From an uncultured virus (IMG/VR IMGVR_UViG_3300025327_000013) (lineage: Duplodnaviria > Heunggongvirae > Uroviricota > Caudoviricetes): a stretch of DNA of 64,000 bases. Positions 30,682-38,771 of the stretch are shown here, in pieces (positions within the stretch are counted from its first letter, which is position 1; the number at the start of each line of letters is the position of its first letter). A program made the translations under genes and the position numbers. The notes beneath the pieces are model-generated. The model worked only from the letters and a program-made list of their open reading frames with translations. It was not told the DNA's origin and did no database searches. The stretch lies in IMG/VR virus record IMGVR_UViG_3300025327_000013; one strand, given 5' to 3'.

Positions 30682-33453
30682 ATGGCCCTGACGATTCTCG
30701 ACAACGACGAGGCGCTCGCGGCGAATCCCCAGTCGATATGGATGCAGACCGACATTGACGCCGTCATTGCGGGCTTCAACGGCACCTACGTTGTAAGCGG
30801 CGGTACGGTCACAGCCCAGAGCACACCGGATATGACTGTCGCCGTCGCCGCCGGGACGGTAGCGGTGGGCGGGGTCATTGCGGCGCTCGGCGCTGGGAAC
30901 GTGACGATCAGCGCCGCCGACGCGACGAACTCCCGTGTGGACTTGATCTGGTCCGACGAGACTGGGACGCGGGGGATCACCGCCGGGACCGCGGCGGCGA
31001 ACCCGAAGGCCCCGGCGCTCCCCGCGAGCAAGGTCCTCCTCGCTATGGTCTACGTCCCTACGAACGACACCGATATCGACGCTGACCAGATCACCGACAA
31101 GCGCGTGATCGTGCCGCACAACGGCACGGCCGGTACACTCGCCAAGTTCAGCAACGGGACGACCCTGGTAAACTCGATCCTCTCCGAGAGCGGGGCGGTG
31201 GCGACGGTGAATGGGTCGCTAAAACTGGCCGAGCTGGTCGGATCGGAACTGGTCACCAACGGAAATTTTGCGACCGGATCTGCCGATGGGTGGACGACAA
31301 CTGGGTGGACGGTGAACGTCGGTGTGGATGTCCAACATGACACGGGGAACACGACGGCGCTCACGCCCAGCACGCCGATTGTGCCTGTCATTGGCTTGCT
31401 GTACAAACTGGTCTATACCGTCTCTAGCCGGACGGCGGGGACGATCAGCGAGGGCTTCGGCGGCGGCGGGTCTGGCGCAGCCCGTTCCACCAACGCGACG
31501 TTCACCGTCTATTTTCGTACAACTTCGACAGCTAATTTGACATTCACCCCGACCACTGACTTCGATGGGCACATCGACGATGTCTCGCTCATCGAACAAA
31601 TCGGGGGCGTCCTTGTACCGCGAAGTTCTGGCGGCAGCCTTGCGTTCTTGCAGTGGAATGAGGGCACTGGCAGCGGCTCGAACGCCAGTGTCAGTGTCGG
31701 GCCGTTCGCTGGCGATATCCAAGCGTTACGGAACACGTGGATTGGCGGGCGAGCGGGTCCCACAAACAAACAATCGGTCGGCACGGACAATGCCGTAGTC
31801 GGCTATGGCTCGCTCGTAGGCACGACGAGCCAACAGGTCGGTTCTCGTAATCTCGTGATCGGCGCCGAGGGCATGAAGTCCTACGGTGGCGATGATGTGA
31901 TCGCATTCGGGAATCGCATCGGGTTTGACGTGACGAACACGATGGAACGCACGATCCTCATCGGCCACAATCGCGCAGCGGCGGCAAGTGTTGGTGACGT
32001 GGGGAGCACGGACGCAGTCATCATCGGCAACATCATTGCCGATTCGGACCCTGACCTACTGGACTTCAGTATCATCATTGGGGCTGAGGCGCTGGGCGGC
32101 GTGAATGCGGTCGGCATCGGCTATGACGTGAGCGCGATCGCCAATACGATTGCGATTGGCTACAAAGCATCCACGTCGGCGGCCAATGATCTGGTCATCG
32201 GGGGGAATGATGTCGCCGCTGGCGGCGTGACACAGGCCTATATCGGAGCCGGCAAAACGAAAGTCAGTCCAACCGCCGTCACATGGCAGACGACTGGTGG
32301 GAGCGGCACCGATAACGTCGGCGCCGATCTGACGCTGGCGCCGGGTCGCAGCACGGGGAATGCCGCGGCGGGGTCGCTCTTCTTCGCTACGTCGACGCCC
32401 GGCGCGTCCGGGGTGACGCTCCGCGCGCTGGCAAACCGCTGGAAGATCAGCGGGCCGATCCCGGCGAGCGGGAATCTGGGCGACCTCCTCGCCGCTACCG
32501 ATAACGCCGTCAACATTGGGGCTGATGCGGCGAACCGTCCGAAGACTGTGCACGTCGCGACGAGCGTCATCGTAGGCGGCAACACCGTCATCGGGAGCGT
32601 CGCGGGGAAGCTCAACGCGGCGCTCCTCGCCATCGCGTCGCAAGCGACCGGGGATCTGCTCTACGCGGACTCAACGAGTACCTTCGCTCGATTGGCCGCA
32701 GGCGCCACGGGCACCTATGTACGCGGGGCTGGGGCTGGCACAGCTCCGATCATGAGTACGCTCACTCTCCCGAACGCCGCAACGACCGGCGACACGTTTA
32801 TCGCGACGGGCACCAATGCGATGGGAGTCGTCGCAGCGGGGGCGACGGGCGCCTACTTCCGGGGTGCCGGTGCCGCGACCGCACCGATCTGGTCCACCTT
32901 GATCCTACCGAACGGGGCCACGACGGGCGACACATTCGTGGCCAGTGGCACGAACGTGATGGGCGTGGTGGCGGCGGGCGCGGTCGGCACGGTGTTCAGC
33001 GGCGGGGGGGCCGGGGTAGCCCCGTCGTGGCTGATCCCCGGCAATACAACGCTTGTGATTCCAGGCACGAACCTCACGGCGAGCGGTCCGCAAACGAGCG
33101 CGTTCCAGGCCGGGGGGACGATCACCGCGGGGGACCTGGTGATCCTCAACTCGTCGAGCCAGTGGGTGCAGACGGACGCCAACGCGGTGGCGACGTACAA
33201 TGGGCTACTTGGCATCTCGCTGGAGTCGAAAACAGTCGGTCAGGCGATGCTAGTCGCGCTCCCGGGCTCGCTCGTGCGGAATACGGCGTGGGCCTGGACA
33301 CCTGGCGCGACGCTCTACCTCTCGGAGACGGCGGCGACGATTACGGAAACCCAACCCGTGACGACAGACGCGGCGATCCGGGTCATTGGACATGCTGTAG
33401 ATGCAGATGATATTTATTTTGGGCCTGACGGTGCATGGATCACACATGTTTGA
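30682..33453 (+). CDS. mosaic tail-fibre/adhesin protein
   Basis: Gly/Thr/Ala-rich; carbohydrate-binding-like ELVTNGNF segment, YadA-like AVGIG/AIG repeats, internal ~44-aa repeats. Confidence 0.7.
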   Translation: MALTILDNDEALAANPQSIWMQTDIDAVIAGFNGTYVVSGGTVTAQSTPDMTVAVAAGTVAVGGVIAALGAGNVTISAADATNSRVDLIWSDETGTRGITAGTAAANPKAPALPASKVLLAMVYVPTNDTDIDADQITDKRVIVPHNGTAGTLAKFSNGTTLVNSILSESGAVATVNGSLKLAELVGSELVTNGNFATGSADGWTTTGWTVNVGVDVQHDTGNTTALTPSTPIVPVIGLLYKLVYTVSSRTAGTISEGFGGGGSGAARSTNATFTVYFRTTSTANLTFTPTTDFDGHIDDVSLIEQIGGVLVPRSSGGSLAFLQWNEGTGSGSNASVSVGPFAGDIQALRNTWIGGRAGPTNKQSVGTDNAVVGYGSLVGTTSQQVGSRNLVIGAEGMKSYGGDDVIAFGNRIGFDVTNTMERTILIGHNRAAAASVGDVGSTDAVIIGNIIADSDPDLLDFSIIIGAEALGGVNAVGIGYDVSAIANTIAIGYKASTSAANDLVIGGNDVAAGGVTQAYIGAGKTKVSPTAVTWQTTGGSGTDNVGADLTLAPGRSTGNAAAGSLFFATSTPGASGVTLRALANRWKISGPIPASGNLGDLLAATDNAVNIGADAANRPKTVHVATSVIVGGNTVIGSVAGKLNAALLAIASQATGDLLYADSTSTFARLAAGATGTYVRGAGAGTAPIMSTLTLPNAATTGDTFIATGTNAMGVVAAGATGAYFRGAGAATAPIWSTLILPNGATTGDTFVASGTNVMGVVAAGAVGTVFSGGGAGVAPSWLIPGNTTLVIPGTNLTASGPQTSAFQAGGTITAGDLVILNSSSQWVQTDANAVATYNGLLGISLESKTVGQAMLVALPGSLVRNTAWAWTPGATLYLSETAATITETQPVTTDAAIRVIGHAVDADDIYFGPDGAWITHV

Positions 33454-34087
33454 GCGTGGAGATCTGCGCTTTCACTGGTCACGACAACCGAATGCGGAAG
33501 AAATTCGGGCGAGGATTGCCGCTACTAACAAGGCACATTCTCCGCGGTACTGGCTTGGAAGGGTTCATTCTGAGGAAACGAAGCTCAAGGTTAGCCTGAC
33601 GAAAAAAGCAAGCGCAACGACGGTTCGTGGGACACGGCATCATAATTGGAAGGGCGGCGTAACATCGGAACATTCGATCGCACGTAAGAGTCTCCAATAT
33701 GTAACCTGGCGCGATGCTGTGTACCGCCGTGACGGATGGCGCTGTACTGTCTGCGGTGATCGACATGATCTTGTGGCACATCATATCAAGTCTTTCTCGG
33801 AGCATCGAGAGTTGCGCTTTGATATTGCGAACGCTCAAACGCTGTGTCGGGGCTGTCATGCAAAACATCACGGCGTAGCATATATACAGCCGAAGCGAAC
33901 ACCTCGATCTGAAAGTGATCCGATTGCTCGCATTGAACGTAAACGTGAATCGCGGCGACAGTACTATCTGCGTAACCGTGAGCGCTGTATAGCTCGTCAG
34001 ACGCAGCGCTACAAAAATGATCCAGAACGATTTCGGGCTTACGCCCGACAATATTATAAGCGCATGTCTAGCCAGCGTGTGGGGTGA
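33446..34087 (+). CDS. HNH homing endonuclease with NUMOD3-like motif
   Basis: HSEETKLKVS, HNWKGG, RDGWRCTVCG..L.AHHIK..N..TLCRGCH. Confidence 0.85.
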   Translation: MFERGDLRFHWSRQPNAEEIRARIAATNKAHSPRYWLGRVHSEETKLKVSLTKKASATTVRGTRHHNWKGGVTSEHSIARKSLQYVTWRDAVYRRDGWRCTVCGDRHDLVAHHIKSFSEHRELRFDIANAQTLCRGCHAKHHGVAYIQPKRTPRSESDPIARIERKRESRRQYYLRNRERCIARQTQRYKNDPERFRAYARQYYKRMSSQRVG

Positions 34088-34095
34088 GCTAACAC

Positions 34096-34899
34096 ATGGC
34101 AATTACGCCTATCGCGTCGGCTACTCCAACAGGAAACCCGACGACATCGTTTACGATTACGATCCCGACGGTCCTCGTTGGCGATCTCCTGATCGTAGAT
34201 GTCTTTCATGGTGGCACAGGAACGCCCACCGTCACGGATGATGATACGGGTGGCGAGACCTGGACGAAGAAGAACGAATTCGACGGGACGGCGTGCAGTC
34301 TCTCGACGTGGTACAAGAGGGCGACGTCGGCGACCTCCGCCAAGACGATTTCGGTGGGGAGTCTGACGGACTCCGGCTGCGGTGGACTCGAAGTCTATCG
34401 CGGTGTCGTGACTTCCGGGGATCCCTTCGACGGGACGCCGGTCGGCGAGTCGAACGCGTCCGGTAATGAAACCCAGGCGGAGATCACGACGCTCACCGAT
34501 GGGGCAATGGTTGTCTTGGTCGTCGGGGTGGATGTCAATAATGCGATCGACTCGCAGACGTGCACGAGTCCTGGCACGCTGACCGAATTGTGGCAGAAAC
34601 TCACGACAGGTGGCGCGAACTCAGGAATCGCGCATGCGAGTGCTGTGAAAGCAACGGCCGGTGCGACGGGCGCCTTTACGTGGGCGCATACCGATGTGCT
34701 TGGTGTGTCGGTGGCGTATGCGTTACGGCCGTCGATAGTTCTGACGGTGAATGATACGGATACGGCGACTGAATTGGTTACCGTGACCATTGGTTCGACG
34801 ACGGGCATTAAAACGGTAGATGCAGTGGATAAGGCGAGTGTAAAAACGATCAATAGCCTTATTATCGCGTCCGTCAAAACGTGGGGAGGCTTAGCATGA
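34096..34899 (+). CDS. putative virion fibre/appendage protein
   Basis: Thr/Gly-rich beta protein; one DTDTATELV repeat near the C-terminus. Confidence 0.55.
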   Translation: MAITPIASATPTGNPTTSFTITIPTVLVGDLLIVDVFHGGTGTPTVTDDDTGGETWTKKNEFDGTACSLSTWYKRATSATSAKTISVGSLTDSGCGGLEVYRGVVTSGDPFDGTPVGESNASGNETQAEITTLTDGAMVVLVVGVDVNNAIDSQTCTSPGTLTELWQKLTTGGANSGIAHASAVKATAGATGAFTWAHTDVLGVSVAYALRPSIVLTVNDTDTATELVTVTIGSTTGIKTVDAVDKASVKTINSLIIASVKTWGGLA

Positions 34900-35372
34900 G
34901 TGAGCACAAGGGAAAGAAGGTCCGGTCTCTCGTGGGCATCGCTCAGGAGGAGGCGCGTGAAATTGAGTTGGACTTTGGCACGCTGGATTACGTCATTTCT
35001 CCGGCGAATCGGAACGGGCTTCGGCAAAAGCCGGAGGGTGGCCTTCTGGACGATGAGGATGAGCCGGGGATCGCCGCTGCCGCGAGCCGCGTGCTCATTA
35101 CCCACATCGTCGAGGAACGTGCATTCGCGTCTCGGGGGCCTGGAGATCCCGGGGGTATGAAGCCGAGCGATAGGAAGATGTGGGCCGTCTGGCAGACGGC
35201 GCTGGACGGTTCGCCTGTCACGGTGAAACTGCCAAAGAATTACGTGACCTGGCTCATCCGTACAATGCGGGCGGATGATTTGAGGATTCCCGGTTCGCTT
35301 GCGCAGTGGTTCGAAACGCTGGTGTCGTATCTCGAGGATGCGGTGCTAACGAAGGAGAGCCCTACCCCATAG
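34896..35372 (+). CDS. hypothetical protein (possible fibre chaperone)
   Basis: ATGA-coupled between structural genes. Confidence 0.45.
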   Translation: MSEHKGKKVRSLVGIAQEEAREIELDFGTLDYVISPANRNGLRQKPEGGLLDDEDEPGIAAAASRVLITHIVEERAFASRGPGDPGGMKPSDRKMWAVWQTALDGSPVTVKLPKNYVTWLIRTMRADDLRIPGSLAQWFETLVSYLEDAVLTKESPTP

Positions 35373-35379
35373 GGATGTT

Positions 35380-38300
35380 ATGGCAAGCGCATTAGTCGGT
35401 CCGGGTGGTGGCTATGTAGGTCCTGGCGGAGGACTCGTCGGGCCTGCGAGTAGCGGTGCGCTGTCGCTATCAGTGTCGGATGTCATTACCTCCACAGAAG
35501 ACGTTCTCCTCGCGCTTCCACTCGCGCTGTCTGTCTCGGATGATACGACGGTTACGGAGTTTGTCCAACTGGCGCAGCAACCCCTGCTGGTAGACATCAC
35601 TGATACGCAAGCTATAGACGAGAGTGTGCAGGTTGTCGTCGCCATGATGCCGATGGTTGCTGATGACGTAACGGTGACTGAATTCATTGCGTTGTACCTG
35701 TCGCTGGCAGTGACAGACGATATTACCGTTACGGAGTTTGTTGCGCTCACCGTCCCGATGAGTCTTACGGTGTCCGATGACGCGAGTGTGACAGATGCGG
35801 CGGTGGTGGCACTGCCCATGGCGGTCGCGATTGCTGACGATAGTGGGGAGACGGACGCCGTTGTCGTTGCGTTCGGTCTCCCGGCGTCTGTATCCGATGA
35901 CGTAAGCGCGACTGAGTCCGTTGCGGTACTGATTCCCATGGCAGTATCCGCGGTTGACGATACGCTGGGGACGGACGTCGTGGTAGAGGTGACCACCGTT
36001 CCGTCGGATCAAGCGACTGTCCTTGACGAGGTTGGGGACAACATCGTCCCGGATGAATTCGTCTCGATTGTATTAGTGACGGCGGCCGGTCCAGTGTCGG
36101 TGTCCGTCTTTGATGATACGCAAGGGGTGGACAGTGTCACCGTTAGTCTTCCGTTGCAAGTCGTGGCGGCTGACGATGTTATAGCAACCGAGTCTGTGGT
36201 TGTTAGCCTGCCGCTGAGTGTGCTGGCGGCTGACGATGACAGTGTTACAGACGTCGTCACACTTGAGTTCTCGGTCCTCCTTCCGGACGTGTCGGATGAC
36301 GATCCCGCGAGTGAGAGTGCTGTTGCGCGGATGGTCATTCCGGCATCGGTATTTGATGACGACGTGCCCGGTGAGCAGGTGACGCTGACGCTCGGCGTCG
36401 TGCTCGTGACGGTGAGTGACGATGACAGCGGAGTTGAACAGGTAGACGTTGCGGTGCCGATGGAGGCGGTGGTCTCTGAAGACAGTATTGCATCAGAAGA
36501 TGTCATCATTGCGATCTCGCCGAGTCCGTTTGTCTTTGATGATGATGTCGTCGCAGATGTGATGGCTGTCAATCTGATCATTCCAGTCCTGGCTGTGGAG
36601 GATGTGTCTGAAACCGATCTCGTGATTGTGCAGACCGAAGCTGGCGTGCTGGCTGTTGATACGGTGTCGATCACGGAATCTGTTGAGATTGTAATGCAGC
36701 CGTTGCTGGCAACGGTGTCCGATGACGACGCGGCATCTGAAGAGGTCGTTGTTCAGGTGTCGATGGTTGTGGTCGTCGATGAGACGACCGTTACGGGCGA
36801 ACTGGTTGCGCTGACGCTGAACCCCGTCCTGGTGGCGGTGAGCGATGACACCGTTACGGATGAGGCGGTGACAGTTAGTCTGACGCCGCCAGTCTTTGTC
36901 GCCGATGATGTCACGGCGACTGATGTTGTCACTATTGCTCTCATAGTTCCTGTGTCGGTATTCGATGATGTCAATGAAACAGATGACGTTGTCATGGCAC
37001 CGGTTATTGCCATTGTGATTGCAGAAGATGACGTGGCCACGGAATCGCTCACGATTCAGACGGTCAGCGGTGTGGTGGTATCGGACGATGATCTCGCAAT
37101 GGAGTTTGTTGACATTGCGATGCAGCCGCTGTTGGTCTCTGTCGAGGATGACGGGCTCGAGACCGAGGTGGCCACGGTGGCTGTTGCAATGCAGGCGGGC
37201 GTATCGGATGACATGAGTGCCACGGAAGATGTAACCGCGACCCTGAACCCAGTTCTGGTGTCGGTGAGCGACGATGAGAGCGGAGTGGATGTCGTCGCGG
37301 TGGCTCTCCTTGTGCCGGTCACGGTTGACGATATCGCGACCGCTGTGGACGCCGTTCTGGTGTCGATGGTTCTGCAGCTCAGCGTTAGTGATGACGATGT
37401 TGTCACCGAGTCGGTTGCGCTTGACCTGAATCCGATCCTCATTGACGTGGCGGATGATGATACGGCGACAGATATTGTTGCTGTCAGTGCGAATCCGATC
37501 GTTATTGTCTCGGATGACGATGTAGTTCAGGAAGCGGTGTCTTTAGTCCTGAATCCGCTACTGGTCGTGACGGATGATACGGGTACTGGGACAGAGTCAG
37601 CCACTGTTAGCCTGCCGATGCAAGTGGTGGTGGCCGAGGTCGATGGTGCGGTGGAAGACGTGACGCTGTCGGTGTCGGCTGTTGCTGGTGTGCCGGTATC
37701 AGTGTTTGACGATGAGAGTGCCATTGACGTCGTAACGGTGGCGCTCCCACTCTTGCTGTCGGTGTCCGATGATGACACGGCTGCGGACGTGGTTCAGGTG
37801 ACGGTGTCGATTGATGTTCAAGCGAGTGACGATCTTACGCCCAGTGAGGTTGTCGAAGTTGTGTTCGGGGCAGTGTCCGGTGTCGCGGTGCTGGTTGCGG
37901 ATCCTGTCACGTCGAGTGACGTGGGTACCGTGGCACTGCCGCTCGTTCTCACGGTTGAGGATATGGTTCTGACTGCGGATGCCGTCAGTGTGGCTGTGCC
38001 CCTTGGGGTACATGCTGACGATGATCTTGTTCCGATAGACTTCACCAGTTCGTCGATTCCCATCGGCGTGACGGCGTCGGATCTGCAGCCGGTGATTGAC
38101 GGTGTTAGCTTGCTGTTGAATCCATACCTTGTGTTCGTAGCGGATGCGTCGCTAGTATCGGAACACATTACACTCGGTCTTTCTCAGGTCGGAGTCTCGG
38201 CTGATGTGTTCGATACGAGGAGCGTGGGAGAGCGGGCGCGGGCACAGAGCCGAAAGTTCCATTCTCTTCGGTTCATTCATGTCGGTACACATCCGGTGAC

Positions 38301-38388
38301 GGGCATCAGTACAAGTGTTCGTGTAGCGTCTGGTGTGACTGTAGCCGTGAGATCACCTGGATCTCGTGATGAGGAGACGATCCTATGA
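35380..38388 (+). CDS. 1002-aa acidic Val/Asp/Ser/Thr-rich repeat protein
   Basis: degenerate ~20-22-aa unit VSVSDDxxxT[E/D]xV; almost no Lys/Arg before the C-terminal ~50 aa. Confidence 0.85.
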   Translation: MASALVGPGGGYVGPGGGLVGPASSGALSLSVSDVITSTEDVLLALPLALSVSDDTTVTEFVQLAQQPLLVDITDTQAIDESVQVVVAMMPMVADDVTVTEFIALYLSLAVTDDITVTEFVALTVPMSLTVSDDASVTDAAVVALPMAVAIADDSGETDAVVVAFGLPASVSDDVSATESVAVLIPMAVSAVDDTLGTDVVVEVTTVPSDQATVLDEVGDNIVPDEFVSIVLVTAAGPVSVSVFDDTQGVDSVTVSLPLQVVAADDVIATESVVVSLPLSVLAADDDSVTDVVTLEFSVLLPDVSDDDPASESAVARMVIPASVFDDDVPGEQVTLTLGVVLVTVSDDDSGVEQVDVAVPMEAVVSEDSIASEDVIIAISPSPFVFDDDVVADVMAVNLIIPVLAVEDVSETDLVIVQTEAGVLAVDTVSITESVEIVMQPLLATVSDDDAASEEVVVQVSMVVVVDETTVTGELVALTLNPVLVAVSDDTVTDEAVTVSLTPPVFVADDVTATDVVTIALIVPVSVFDDVNETDDVVMAPVIAIVIAEDDVATESLTIQTVSGVVVSDDDLAMEFVDIAMQPLLVSVEDDGLETEVATVAVAMQAGVSDDMSATEDVTATLNPVLVSVSDDESGVDVVAVALLVPVTVDDIATAVDAVLVSMVLQLSVSDDDVVTESVALDLNPILIDVADDDTATDIVAVSANPIVIVSDDDVVQEAVSLVLNPLLVVTDDTGTGTESATVSLPMQVVVAEVDGAVEDVTLSVSAVAGVPVSVFDDESAIDVVTVALPLLLSVSDDDTAADVVQVTVSIDVQASDDLTPSEVVEVVFGAVSGVAVLVADPVTSSDVGTVALPLVLTVEDMVLTADAVSVAVPLGVHADDDLVPIDFTSSSIPIGVTASDLQPVIDGVSLLLNPYLVFVADASLVSEHITLGLSQVGVSADVFDTRSVGERARAQSRKFHSLRFIHVGTHPVTGISTSVRVASGVTVAVRSPGSRDEETIL

Positions 38389-38768
38389 GGCATGGCATTG
38401 ACGTTACGGTCACGACGCTGGACGAGGGAACGACACCGGAACTGACTGCGACGCTGGTGGACTTGGCGCAGGTGCCAGTGCCTGGATCAGCGCTGGATAC
38501 GCTTGCTCTCACGTATTACCAAGAATACACGTTGGCGATCATCAATAGTCGAGACATGCAGGACGTGCTGCAGACGAACGGGGTGACGGTGGATGAAGAT
38601 GGTGTACTGCTATGGAAGATGACGGTCCTCGATACCGTGATTCTCAATGATGCGCTCGAGACGGAGCCGCATATCGCGCATTTCGCGTTTTCCTATACCG
38701 ATGCTGGGGATACGAAGGTCGGGAGTATGACCATTCGGATTCCTATTGCGAATATTTTGCGAGATTAG
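38385..38768 (+). CDS. small acidic beta-sandwich-like structural protein
   Basis: coupled to the repeat protein, directly before TerL. Confidence 0.45.
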   Translation: MRHGIDVTVTTLDEGTTPELTATLVDLAQVPVPGSALDTLALTYYQEYTLAIINSRDMQDVLQTNGVTVDEDGVLLWKMTVLDTVILNDALETEPHIAHFAFSYTDAGDTKVGSMTIRIPIANILRD

Positions 38769-38771
38769 TTC

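Noticed and set aside
35412..38168. Long minus-strand Ser/Thr-rich ORFs
   Set aside because: They are antisense shadows of the Val/Asp-rich plus-strand gene.
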